Part shown: piece after piece, positions 1 to 13,800 of the stretch | Numbering within the stretch: the first letter of the stretch is position 1 | Layout of the letters: every line of letters begins with the position of its first letter | From: Dimorphilus gyrociliatus | Lineage: Eukaryota; Animalia; Annelida | Direction: 5' to 3' | Length of the DNA stretch: 64,000 bases | NCBI GenBank assembly: GCA_904063045.1 | Contig: CAJFCJ010000006.1 | Location: 868,001-932,000, forward strand | Notes under the pieces: model-generated | Told to the model about the DNA's origin: nothing | Database searches by the model: none | Seen by the model: only the letters and a program-made list of their open reading frames with translations | Made by a program: the position numbers and the translations under genes

Positions 1-728
1 TTCCTTAGACATTCTGAAAATTACAATTATTCTAATTTTAGATAGTGAATGATTCATAAATGAATTACACAATCGTTTTCAATTATGTTATATTAGGCCT
101 AAAACGATAGTTTTCTACAACTACGATAAGAATTATATTTAACACCGGTTGTATAAAGGTCTGTTAAAAAAGAGAATCATATTCTGACTCTTTTTTCAAG
201 TTAAAGAAAGTTGGCATATTAAAATCATATGAAATCTATTTGATACATTTTCAGAAATTGAACCTTTTTAAAACTCCAGTGTTAATTTTTAGTTGTTTTA
301 GTTTTCCAGTGTCTATTTCAGTCATCTTGAATTGCTTTTTAGATGTGTCACTTCGGTAGTCAAAAAATAAATAATTGGAGGCCTGTTCAAGTATTGCGGA
401 AGCGGAAATTGTCGGTTTATAGTGGTGCCCTCTCGTAAGAGAAACACCAGAATATGATAAACAACGAGATTTAACGGGACTAACGTTGTACGCTAAAACC
501 CAAGAATGTTACCAATAGTAAGTATTTTTGCGATTATTATTCTGTTTTCAGAGAATAATTAATCAACTTGATGAGAGAGAACAACTGAATATCATTTCTG
601 ATGCTTATTAACTCAGTGATTTCAATTTCTGCTTTTGATCATCGAAATGATACATTATGAGACCACACCGCCATTTTGACAGCATTTTTAAATATCGTTA
701 ATATTTACAGAACGGTTCATCGAGCCTG

Positions 729-3611
729 ATGTCGTCGTTGAGTTTGCCTCCACCTTTGCCAAGTCAGACTCCATCCATGACGCAGTCAAAGTTATCGACA
801 ACCGTTATGGGAAGCGGAATGACACCCTTTGGAACGCCCGGTAAATTTTGTTTGTTATTTTAAATATAATTTACACAATTTAGTCTAATATGAACGCTTA
901 AAACTAATGAAATAAATTAATATTGAACACTTACGCTATATTTTAATATACGATTTATTATTCCAATAGATTTACATAAATTTTTATTATAGGTATTTCG
1001 GCACCTCCTCCTGTTGTACCGAATCTCATAGTTCCATCTGCTCTGCGACCAACAGCCATGCAGCAAACTTTAGGTAAAAATGCAAAACAAATGAGAATCT
1101 TTGCGAACGTTTAAAAATACGAATTAGGCTTTAATTTACAATCCTACAAAGTTTATTTGAAGACGTCTGTTGAACATGGGACATTAGCTTTAATGTTTTC
1201 TATTTTTTTCCCGATTTAATTTGATGTATACTTTTAGTAGTTCTATACAGCGTGCGTTTGTTTGTGGTTGTTCCAGTAAGAAAAGGCGATAGCAGAAGAC
1301 GTTTTCGACGAGAAGGGTGAAAAGTTATGGGGACAGACGCACGAGGCGAATGTATGCCATTGTTTGTAAACAAATTGAGTAGGCTTTATTTGGGATGTGA
1401 ATACATGTTCAAGTGCGATCAGGCTTCAATTTTCATAAAAATAATTGAACATTTTTAGAAAAAAATCGTGCTTATGTATCAACATCCAAAAAAATTGTTC
1501 ATGTCACATAACATGTGTGTTTTTTTTTGCCGTTAAAGTCGCTCCACATCGACAAAAAAACGGTCGTCTGGTAAATGGATGGTAAACCTTTTTTTATAAA
1601 CTATATAAAAAGAAAAATGTGCTTTCTTGGAAATTTTATTTACGTTTTCGTTAAACAATGAATTTCAAAACAGGCAATGTACAACTGAAACAAACGGGCG
1701 ATATTATACAGGGCTCCGGAGCGAAAAAATCGTCGAAGGATTTAGATGCGTCGAAATTGAATGTTAAACAGCAGGAAGCAATAGAAAAAGTTCGGAAGTA
1801 TGCCATGGAGCAGTCCATTAGGCAAGTTTTGGTGAAGCATACGATAGCTCAACAACAAGCTCAAATGATTCATTTTCAAGTAATTTTATTAAATATTTCT
1901 TCAAACCAAAGTTTAAACATATATTTGCAGACAACAGTTCAAAGACAACAAGCACTAGCGCTCATGTGTAGAGTGTACGTGGGTTCCTTAAGTTTTGAAA
2001 TTGATCAAAAGGTAAGATTCATAATTAAACTTAAACAAGGAAAATAAAATGGTTTATATCTTTTGCGGAGTTAGTTAATGTACTTGAGTGTTACACAGGT
2101 AGTGGAGAATGCATTTTCGCCGTTTGGTCCAATTGCAGATCTATCTTTACCCTACGATAACATCACTCAACATCATAAAGGCTTCGCATTTGTAGAATAT
2201 CGAGTTCCTGATGCAGCTTCTTTAGCATTGAGTCAAATGGATGGCGTTAAATTAGGAGGAAGATTTATTAAAGTAAGTATATAAGATTATATCTATCAGG
2301 GAAAGTAGCACATTTTTTTTCATCTGAAAGGTGGGAAGACCATCAAATATGCCCCAGGCACAACCAATTATAGAGAAACTAGCAGAAGAAGCCAAAACCT
2401 TCAATAGGGTCTATGTTGCTTCCATTCACTCTGAATTGAACGAGAGTGACATTCAAAGCGTTTTTGGCGCATTCGGTAAGATCAAATCTTGTTTACTTCC
2501 GATGGATTCGTCTAAACCGGGTAAACATCAAGGGTAAGCTCAATTTTATTTAACGTTAAATAGTCATCAAGCTTTCAATAAATTATAGGTACGCCTATAT
2601 AGAATATGAGGAAAGAAAGGCTTGTGAAGATGCTGTAAATTCAATGAATATGTTTGATTTAGGTGGCCAACTGCTTCGAGTTGGGCGTTGTGTTACACCG
2701 CCCGATGTTACAGTTTCGGCACCAGTTTCCATGCCGTCTAGCATGCCCACAGCAGCAGCTGTCGCAGCTGCTGCTGTGTCCATGAAGTTAAGCGCCATGG
2801 AAACTCTAGAAAATGGAAATAGTAAATCATCGAATAACAGTTTACAAAATTCCCCAAAGGTGTCAAATGGTCCTCCTGCTCCTGGTATTTATATACCAAC
2901 CACGCTGAGTGCCCAACCTATGGAGGTAGAGGAAGACAGTCCAACTCCAACACCTCCTGATGTTCCTCCTGTTGGCATAGCTATACCCTCCGCTCTGGGA
3001 GCAAGTGCAACTCCGGTTCAAGTCCCAACTCCCACACCACCTCCGCCCCCTCCACCACAGCCAATTGAAGAATCTAAGGAGCCAATTTTGGTGCCTGATC
3101 CAGTATCAATAGCGGCCACAGAAGAAGAACAGAAGCCGGATATCGATACAACATTAAGCACACAAGAAAACTTGAACATTAGTGGAACTTCAGCTAGACA
3201 AATGCTGATGCATAAATTAATGCAAAGATCTGCTGCCCGACCCTACCAGATAACTGATTGCCGAGTAATGATCTTAAGAAATATGGTAGGGCCTGACGAT
3301 GTGGATGAAGAATTAGAAAATGAAGTTACTGACGAGTGTGCTAAGTTCGGTAACGTCAACAGAGTTATAATTTACCAAGAGAGACAAGGGGAGGAAGAAG
3401 ATGCTGAAGTTATTGTAAAAATATTCGTTGAGTTTTCAAACGAGAAAGGTAAATTATTTCTTTTTTATGTCATAAAAGCTTATTCCTGTTTTTCCTTACA
3501 GAAGTTGAAAGTGCTATTGCAGCTTTGAACAATCGATTTTTCGCAGGCCGAGTAGTTAAAGCTCAAAAATATGATCAATCTATGTTTGACGTGCAAGATT
3601 TATCTGGATAA
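729..3611 (+). CDS. PUF60: Poly(U)-binding splicing factor PUF60/half pint (multi-exon; two RRMs plus a C-terminal UHM)
   Basis: Exons translate to [32 protein letters not shown] and [29 protein letters not shown]...VKIFVEF...[15 protein letters not shown], ending at TAA 3609-3611. Upstream exons 729-840 and 993-1073 splice in phase to the acceptor at 1674. The exact start is less certain because an alternative ATG exists at 1575. Confidence 0.95.
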
Positions 3612-3924
3612 ATCAAAGTCATAGACAATTATTTGTATATACAATACTATTGTGAACTTAGTTGTAATTATATTTAACTTTGAAATACAAACACCTTGTA
3701 AAGTAATTGAAGTTTTTTTAAAGATATTTTTTATATGTTCAAAATTAAATATCAATAAGATGAGCAAATGAAAGTCATAAATTAAAGTTTTAAAAAATAA
3801 ATTTTACTTTTTTGACTAAAACTCCATTGTACAATTACAGAATTCTTTTCCCATGTAAATATTTGAAATAGTGTAGGCCTGTGAAGGGAACCTGCGTTCT
3901 TTAACTTTTTAAAAATGAATAATT

Positions 3925-6900
3925 ATGATTACTTATTTTTTGATATTAATTCTATTAAATGCAAAACGAAGTATTCTATTAGACAAAAATAACTTTTGTT
4001 CACCAGAAAATTCTAGTAATTGTTTCCCAAATCTACATATTATACCTTCAACTGAAAATGACTCTGAGGATAGCTTTGAACAGTTCATACCAAAGACTAC
4101 GAGAGGCTCTTACGACTATGTAGATTCATTAGATTATAATTATTTCATAAGAATATCCATGAAAGACTATAATAGGGGAGAATGTAATAGATATACTTCG
4201 AACAAGAGTCGTAAAGAAGGATACTGTGGATTTTTATTTCGAAGAAAAAACAATAAAGAGTATAGAGTTGGAGTAGAAAATGGTAGTCATATGAAAAAAC
4301 TTCGAGTAGAAAGTCAAGTTGGTCTTCACCTATCAATTTTTTTATTATTTTCTTTTACATCTAAAGTATTATCTAGTCATCATAGTCTAGTCATTGACGG
4401 TGGTGAAAACCTACTTAGAAAGCTATATGCGCTACATTTTCATTGTATTCTATCTCAGCAATTCAAAAACAATTTGATTCTTCTTTTGAAAAATTTGAAA
4501 CTTTCTGTCTTAAATATTCAGAAAGACCTATAAATAAATCTTTCACTCCTCGACATATTATAGAAGATCCATCTTTCCAAACATCAATTTGCAAATCTAA
4601 GATTGGTATTATGGTTTACTGTTCTCAAGATGGATGGATCTATCCCAAAAAAAGAGTAGAATATTAGTAAGTCTTCTTTTTTATTCTAATTTTGAGAATG
4701 TTACTTTTCTTTCATTACAAAACAAATTTTTTAGTGCCGTGGGTAAAATAAAAAATCACGTTGAATTTATACTTTATAGACCAGGCTTAACTAATCTCTG
4801 CGGACCAACTCACCTCCTCCGAAATAATTTTCTTGATAAATCAATAAATTATAGGGAAAACAATATCCCTAAGAGTAAAGACAACATTAATGAAGGTTTT
4901 GATAAGAAAACTAATTATTTATCAGCTTACTCATCAATTAGTTTCGAAGAATGTCAGCAGTTATGCGCCGAGTATAGAGAAAAACTATGCACGGGCTTTT
5001 TATACACTCCAATCAAAGATAAGGAGATAGTGGTAAGTATATACCTAAATTAAAATAACATGAGTAATTGTACAGGTTATTAATTGAAAACACACAAAAA
5101 AGGGATATTGCCGACTTTCTGTAGGAAAGTTCTGTGAGGAAAACATCAAGTATTTTGTGTACTTAACAGCTGGGCAATTTCTCTATCAAGCGTATTATCC
5201 GCCGTGCAAGAAGGAATATGATGTCGATATCTATAAAATTTATAAAGAAAAGGGGATTTTACAGGGTTATGAAAGTAAACACAAATGGGAAAAGGACAAA
5301 GCAGATTACTTTTTAGATTCTAAATATTACATATGTTATTTAATTAAACATAATGTAACGTATAAAGAAGCTAAGAATCTTTGTAAACAAATGAATATGA
5401 ATTTAATTAGACCATATTTAATCAGTTCTATGCTTTTATCCCATTTTCCAACCAAAACTTTGATCTGGAGTGGAATGATTATTAACAAGACGAGAATGTT
5501 TTACGAGTCAAATTTTGTTAAAAAAAACAACCCTTTCAGTTCTGCCCTTTTATCAGGATTTGACATAACAGGCATTAAAGTATTTTAATAATTTCCTTAC
5601 TGAAAGCTTAAATGATAAACTATTATCTTTTTTATCTTGAATGAAATTATTGAAATAAGCCAACAACCTGTTACAAACTAGAACTATATTTTTCTTATAG
5701 AAAGGATGACTTTGAAAATATTTTATTGCCAAATTCCCAAAGTGAAAAATATTGTAGCGACAAATTGACAGTTGTTTGCCAAAAGCCACTAACAGGTTTA
5801 TGGAGTTCTTGGGGGCAATGGAGTAATTGCCCATGTTATAGAGAATTGGGATCAAAGGTTAAGAAACATAGGATTCGTTATTGTAACGATCCAAAACCTC
5901 ATAAGATTGCTGTAGACGAGAAAAGAGTTTGCGGGAGATATAACTATAGTATAGATTACGAAAATGAAAGCATGATTTGTCCTCCATTAAGACATACAGT
6001 TCGGGAATTGGTTGAAATTAATAATATTTTAGATCATAAAGAAGATATTTGTCGGGCTTATTACAGTCCTACTCAAAAATATAGGTCGGACGCTACCCTA
6101 ATTGAGAAAAACTACCAGGGAAAACGTATAAAGGATTGTTTATTATGGTGTATTAGAAATACCGATTGTCAAGAGTTAAACATATCAATCGATTTGAAAA
6201 AGATGAATAGTTCTAAAAGAAATTCAATGCAGTATAAATGTGTCTCTTCTGATAAATTTTGTTCGTTTGTCAGGAGAGATTTATTAACAAGTTTTCTCTT
6301 TCGAAGATCTGTACTTGTTTGTCATTCGAAATATTCAAAAACATGTCGTACGGCAATGTACCATCACGAATTAGAGACAGGCTTATGTCTAATTTACGAG
6401 CCCATTCCTAAAACTTTCAAAGAAGCTTTGAGGTTTTGTTCGCTTTATGGCATGCATCTAATGAAATTTGAACATTTCTTTGATGAAGCCGGTTTGGTTA
6501 GTGTTTTTTTTTTCTGTTTAATTTTTATTTTTGTTTTTTTTTTAAAAAAAAAATCAATTTACAATCACAACTAGCCAGATTACTTTACGTCAAAATATAA
6601 GGAAGTCGAAGCTTGGCTTGGTTTAATTAAAACAGGAGGAGTTTATAAGTGGAATTCAAAATTTTGGAGTGAAAATGCAACGTCAATCAGTAAAAGAATT
6701 ACTGAGGCTGATGGCGTTGGGAATTGTTATATATTCTACTTTCGAAAAAACAATAACGTAACTTTCAAGAGAGTTCGTTGCAATAAAAAACACTTTACTA
6801 TGTGTTATAAACCCCATAGAGGTCAATGGGGTATGTGGTCTCAATGGAGAAATTGCCATGTTAAACTGTTTACTAAGTGTCTTTTCGGCTATTATCGTAC

Positions 6901-7237
6901 AAGAACGTGTGATTCACCACCACCATATGACGGATATTGTTTAGGAAGATCTGCAATCTATCGACCATTATCAAATAGCCAAATGGTACATGATTCGAAA
7001 ATCTATAAATTTTTATTGAGTTTATTGAATAGTTTTCCAATTATGTACCAGATTCTATTCATTATTGCGGGAATAGTTTTGTTTGTAGCGATAATACTTT
7101 GCGTTAGAGTCTCAAAGACTAAAGAAAAATGCAAAGGTGTTTGTACAGACTTCGGCAAACCGAAAAGTTTTACTGATTCTTCAATAACGGGAAACAACGG
7201 GTCTGCTTTTTCCGAATCAGAAACTATTTATTCATGA
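3925..7237 (+). CDS. Type I membrane protein with repeated PAN/apple-like, C-type lectin-like and thrombospondin type 1 modules (multi-exon)
   Basis: N-terminal signal peptide MITYFLILILLNA; PAN-like SFEECQQLC and IKDCLLWC; CTL-like TYKEAKNLC..IWSG and TFKEALRFC..AWLGL; TSP1 WSSWGQWSNC..RIRYC and WGMWSQWRNC..RTRTCDSPPP; TM helix ILFIIAGIVLFVAIILCV. Internal exon boundaries are only partly resolved. Confidence 0.75.
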
Positions 7238-7320
7238 AATAATAATGAACTGTTTTGAATTATAGTAATTGATAATTGCTTTGTTAGAGAATATTAGGGA
7301 CGACTAATTTTAAACATAGT

Positions 7321-8167
7321 TTATGATAAAGACAACAGCTTGGCTGATAGAAAGTTACACATTTCCGTAATATCTTTGTTGTTCTCTCTTTTAGTAGATA
7401 CATTTTGCAATGTGGAATGGAATTCTGTCGAGTTAGCAAGATCAGCTACGGATGAACTCCCGTCTAGTGACATATCGAGAACTCGCAAAATAGTGAGACA
7501 ATCTTCATCACTAGCACTATATATAAAATCAGACGATGAAATATTCTCAATTAGGGCTGAACCTATTTCCAAACAATTTTCATACTCGTCATCATGCACA
7601 TTAGAATGCAATAAATTGTAAGCCAACTTTGATGCTGACGATGTACAGTCGATATTCTCCAGTAGGCCAGAAACAACGCTTCTTATGGATTCCTTCGCGT
7701 GTTTTCTCATCACTTTGTCACTTAGGGAAACTGATGAAGTTGCGTTAATAAGCGGATTAAGCAAAACTTTCGGATCTTTCAGAGAGAAAAAATCCTTTAT
7801 TGGCTCCTTTGGGTCATCTAGTAGAACATCCACTGTCTCTTCCATCTTTAAGCAATTGGTCAATAAGGAACAAATTCCATTCTTTTGCTTACTATCTTCT
7901 ATCTTAGATAGCGCAGAAACTACAAAGTAATAATTGTATTAATAGAAATTTATTAGTAGAGATCATACATTTTTTATGTATAACTTACTTATCGAACGTA
8001 TGTGAAATCTGCCTATTGACCATTCAGTTGAGTTACTATCTTGTGAGGCATACTTATAGCTCTCTTCAAGTAAATCAAAGCTATTGCTGTCCAATTTTGA
8101 TTTAATTTCCACTTTTTGCTCGTTGAAAAGATCCTATAAAATTTGATTTTAATACATATTTTATATA

Positions 8168-8206
<39 letters not shown>

Positions 8207-9078
8207 AAATGAACTGATTTAATACCAAGGGCATTTTGATGCTCATCAGAGGAGAATTTGAAGTTTCGTTCGGTGTCTTCTTTCTGTAAAAACAAGTATT
8301 TAATTTAATGTCATAAATTAACTTTGTGTTGTTTTATCTGCAAGATGCTTATACGGGAATTTTATCCTTGATAAAAATCATTTACCTATTAAACTCATCT
8401 ACTGACATTCCTCCTTCGGGAGCTACTGTCATAGACTCGATAACTGGCGCTAACATTTTTCCGAAAGGTGTTGACATGACGTCGTTCGGCAGACTGGTGA
8501 TATAACTCGGAATGGGCTGTTGGACAAGCATTTGGCAGATACGATCGCTAAATGTGTTGCAATTATGCTTCAATAGATGATACTTTGAAGCACTGGTTGG
8601 AAAATAGACTTAGTTAAATTATTATTGTTTTGAAAACTATTATTACTAACTTAAATTCATCGATAGACAGACTCTTCAGGAAGTCTTTGAATTCACTTTC
8701 CGACATGTTAGTCCTTCCTAGTTGCACAATATTATCAGGGCTCCCTAGGACTGTGCCGCACTGAAATAGCAAGAAAATGAATAGCCGAATATGAAGAGAG
8801 TCGTAAAAACAAATTAACTTACTGGGGGGCAATGCTGTATACCAGCCCCTCCAAAAAAGAATTCTCTACCATAAACAACAACGCCTGTATGCCATACTCC
8901 ATCAATTTGTTTGCCTGTACAATAAATAAAAATATCATTATATAGGAAAATGACTAAGGAAAAGTGTTTGGGCGATAAAGAGCGCTTCTAAACATAAAGA
9001 TTACTTACCCAACATCATCATTGATATTTGCTTGGCTAATCCTTTTGAAAGATCATAAATGTGAAGCTTAACGTTCAT
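7321..9078 (-). CDS. DESI1: PPPDE-family desumoylating isopeptidase (DESI1-like) with a long C-terminal helical extension
   Basis: Manual splicing gives MNVKLHIYDLSKGLAKQISMMMLG/KQIDGVWHTGVVVYGREFFFGG...YHLLKHNCNTFS, containing the catalytic His (WHT) and Cys (NCN). The frame continues through phase-compatible exons into ORF 7321-7863. Confidence 0.9.
8162..8204. repeat. (TA)n microsatellite interrupted by CTG, in a DESI1 intron
   Basis: Direct reading. Confidence 0.95.
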
Positions 9079-9468
9079 ATGATTCGCCATTCTCCCGTTT
9101 TGATAACAATTCGAAGAATATAATAAAATCAAATTGTAAATCAGTTTAATAGTGTTTGTATGGACACTGCCAAATTTCAAAATGGAACAAAAAATAGCGC
9201 CACAAAAATTAAATCAAAATGGCAATTTTGCTGATGATATCAGCCTTGAATAAGACATTTCATTTAGTTAATTCCAATATTAAGCGGTGCTAATCTTGAC
9301 TAATTATCAATTAAATTTCACAAAAAATATAAAGATACAATAAAAAATCAAGATCTTTCAAATATTTTATTTAAAGATAGAATTTATTAAAGGTAATGTT
9401 GCTTTCTACAAAATTGGAAAGCTCTTGAGTAATGTTCGTCTAATTGAAAGCATTTTATTTTCCTCAAA

Positions 9469-10054
9469 TTACTTTATAATTGTTATCTGCTTCATAAATA
9501 TTTCGCACAACAACCAACAAATAGTAAGAAGAAGGGTAAGCTTTAGAAGAAAGCAATTTGTTTTATCCATATAATCATAGTTTCTAATTACTTCTAGTCC
9601 CTTGTCTCCTATACGGAAATTCTTCTCGTCGGCATCATTTCCATCATTAACTTCTTTATGGCAATTTTCTCCAACAATCTCTGTTTCATCTTCTAATTGT
9701 TTAGCAACAATTCTATGTACAAATAAAAAGTAGATGTTTTACATTTATCTAAAAAAAGGCATAATAACAATAGCACAGACCCAGAATTTTGTAGGAATTC
9801 CTTAAAAGTTTCGAAATTTTTTACATGCTTCTTGGCCAAACCTAAAAAGAGTAGAGAATGTAATAATATAGAAACCTATTTAAAGAGTCTTTAAAGAAAA
9901 AAGCTCAATTTCAACCTTTGAGTTTGATGATATTGTTAATAAAATAGCGGTTTGAATAACCTAGCGGGAAATTTATTGCGTCGTACAACTCCTGAATTTG
10001 ATCTTCTGATAAATCTTTAATTAAATTGCTTAAATCATTTGTATCTGGTTTCAT
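9469..10054 (-). CDS. Small (~150 aa) three-exon orphan protein with a helical N-terminal domain and a C-terminal transmembrane anchor
   Basis: Not in the ORF track. ATG at 10054 (MKPDTNDLSNLIKDLSEDQIQELY...), two short GT-AG introns with matching phases (1 then 2), and a last exon ending FLLKLTLLLTICWLLCEIFMKQITIIK-stop at 9469. Confidence 0.65.
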
Positions 10055-10896
10055 ATTATTTTTTTGTTTATTTTTCCACGATGAATGCTTTAAATTACTT
10101 AAAATATGTTTAATTTTTGCTGTTGTTGATGTTTTTTTTTAAAAACAAACTGCACATCATCAATAATTCAAAATAAGAAAGGCTATAAACTAAGAATAGA
10201 TTTTTCAAAGGATGCAATGTAAATTCTTATTGACGTAATCAAGTTAGAGTTAACGTGTTCAGAGTCAGAGAGAGTTAAGAGATATATTGATTTGATTTTC
10301 AATCGCTTTATACTTATAAAGGCATAAATACAGTATATATTGTATTAACACTATTACCAAATAAGGTAATATAAACAGATAGAATCGAACATCTTTATAA
10401 AAATATGAAAGAAATCAATCAAACAATGATATTAATATTAAAAACAAATTCAGTGAAAATGTAAACAAAATGTAAAAAAAATCATTGTGTTATTACGTTT
10501 AAAAATCCGTATAGAAATCATTGACAGTTTTCGCAAACTCTCATTGAGAGTTGTTTTAGAATGAAAATATTGTCTTATTTTCAGATCAGATTATCGTGAC
10601 GTGCAAAGACTAAGTATTATTTCTTTGCTCCTGAATAAACGGAGTAATTTTTTCGTGATATTGCCTTTCTATTTATTCTATGAGTATTGGACCTTTAACA
10701 TTCCATTTATACGAAGATTTAACTCTCAATTACGATCTAGAAATTGGCAAGAAATTAAAAAATTTGTATTTATAAAATTTTAAATATGTGTAAAATATGA
10801 AATTTCTTAATGAAAATTTTCGATCATATAAGGATCTAGTAAAAAAAATAAATAAACAAAAAACAAACAAACAAAATAAAAGAAACAAGATATAAA

Positions 10897-13800
10897 TCAA
10901 CTGCAGCTAACGATCGATTGCTTTTTTTCCTCTTTTTTTCTTATTGCTGAACTTTGAGCATTTTTATCTCGCTCTTCGCATATTTTAGCTAGTGTCCAAA
11001 CAATGTTTGGCATAATAATATCACGATCAGGAAAATCAGAAAATCTATTTAAATTATTAGGTGATTTTATTCTTTTAAGTATATCGACCGCAACACCTGA
11101 GTCTGCATCATCACTGAGTTCAGAGACGTCGTCTTTATCATCCTTTTTCTTTCTTGGTGGAAGAGAATGAGATCGTCGAAGACTTGTTTCTGTATCTGAT
11201 ATTGAAGTTATTGAACTATCTAATTCATCCGTACTTTTCCACATGAATTCATCACTTGATGTACTACCATGCATAAATTTTTTACCACGTCGAAATTTGA
11301 TTTCGAAAATACTCTTATCAACAGGTGATCTGACGTAAGCAACGTCTAGTTCAGACATAATTACACCAATGACAGCAGGAGTTAAAGAAACAAGGTGACC
11401 GCCGGGTAACTTGCGATTAGCTCTTTTTCTGCATTCAATATTCTCTGTAATTTTCTTCAAGTGAGTAAACCCAACAGTAGAAGCTAAAGTCTCTCGATCA
11501 GCAACAATTTCATGTTCCTTGGGTGAGTTTAGTATTCGTCCCAAGTCCATTGATAAATTTGAAAAATCAGGCCGTTCCTTAGGATCAACAAGACAACAAT
11601 GAAAAGCTTCGGCCAATAGAGCTAGAGGGCATAAAGTTTCTTTAACCTTTTTCCCCACTTCAACGTAATCTAACCCGTATGCACTTGTTCTAGCAATACG
11701 TTCTGGGTCAGAATCACTTCTCAAAATCAACTGTATAAGAATAATTCCGAAAGAGAAGACGTCTGTTCGATTATCATAGAATAAAGAATTCAAACATTCT
11801 GGAGACATATAGAAAGGAGATCCGACAATTGGTAATTGAACTCCTTTCTTTGGAACACATGTAGCGAGACCAAAATCTGCAACAACAGCTTTAACACCTT
11901 CCTTAGAACTCGTCGACTTTAGTAGCACATTACTGGCAGTTAAATCTCTATGAACATATCCTTGACCATGTATATATTTCATTCCCCTGGCAATGTCGAG
12001 AGCAATATGAAGGCGTAAACTCCAAGAAAATTCCCTACTTAAATCAGTCGCCCACGATTCCAAACAACCATAATCCATTAATTCGGTTAGGGAATGAAGT
12101 CTCCCATTTTCTATACAGACTCCTTTTAATCTAATAACATTTTGATGATTTAGTCTATGAAGTAATTCAATTTCATTCAAGGCAGTTCTGTAATTTAGGG
12201 CAACCCTTCGAGGATTTTCATCTTTTGTTTTTAAACGTTTCAGCACCAAAGCATCCGATGTTTCGGTATTTATTGCCTATAAATAAAAGAATAATAGTAA
12301 TAATAATAATAATAAAGTATCGACGTAATTAATGGACAAGGCAAACAGCTTTGTTTTTTATAAAGAATGCATACAAATGGCTCTGAAGAGTAAAAGCTTT
12401 TTTCTTTTCTTAAATAACCTTTAATCAATAAGAATAAATAAAAGAATAAATTAACAAAGATTTTAGAATTTTGCCTCTAACGAACCTAGCTAAGCCAAAC
12501 TGCTTAGATAAAAAGTCCTCTTTTTCTACCTATTAGTGTTTTGTTATCAATAAAAAAAAATTTATATTGTTGAATATATGGTTTAAAAACAGGCCAAAAA
12601 CAACGAAATGAAAAAAAGGAAAAGAAAAGCGTTGTGGGGGGAAAATCATTCGATTTATTATAGTAAGTTATTCATAGGTCGTCAACATTTGTTAGTCTTC
12701 GATTTTATTCAGTTTTTTCCAATGCATTTCTCTAACTTTAAATATGAAAATACATCTTTATATGGCTAAAATTGGCGAGCATAATAGAAATATGACGTAC
12801 AATTCAAAGAAAGAGCTATACAGAAGTATTTTTTTTTTGTTATTCTCAGCCATAGACTCGTAAGAGAATTGTGCTTTTTTAATAGCGTATTTAAAAATGT
12901 TAGAGGTATTATTATTGGCCTTTTACCAGAGACACATCTCTAAAAATATCACTATAAATAATTCAATACTTTTAATATATGTTATTACTCATAAATAATG
13001 ATAGAAGTGCTATATATGTTTTCAGATCAGCTTATAAAACCTATTCTAATTGTTCAACCTAATCAGTTTATGCATAATTCATTAAGTAGACGGTTTTTTT
13101 TTTGCCTAGTTTTTTAATATGTTACCAATTGAAAATTAAAATATTCCTACAAAGCCCCTTAGAGGAGAAACATATTTTAAAATTACATAAAGGAAGTAGT
13201 ATATTTAGAATATTTCTCTTCAATTGTAGAAGAAAAGGAACAAGTTGAATAGTTCTATATATTTTAGAGCAATAGAATTCCAGAGTTAGACAAATATATC
13301 GAAAATATTAAGGTTATCTTTCAGGAATGTAATCAATAATAAAATCTACTATATATATACTTTTTGTTATAAATTGTTACAAGTTTTCAACAACGCTTAT
13401 ATATTGTATATAGTACATTGATATATAAACAAATAAGAAAAATGGTGAATAATTAAGGCCATAAAATAGTATATTTAATAATTATAAAAAGGGACTGTCG
13501 GCTTAGTCAATAAGTGTGAATATTTGCAAAATGCAACAAGAATTTAATGCCTGCTCATTCGATTTGAATTCAATAATGAATAACAACTTAGTATGAGGAA
13601 GTGGTAAACTTAGAAGGCTATTATTACAATAAAAAAAAATGTTCTAATTCTATATACAAACATAGCAGGCTTACATCTATGAGTTGTGTTCCGTTACAAA
13701 CATTGTATAATTTGATTATTAATAATATTTCTGATGATAAACAGATATCAACTTAAATAATAACAGAGAAACTATATGCAAATATCGTATTGAGATCCTG

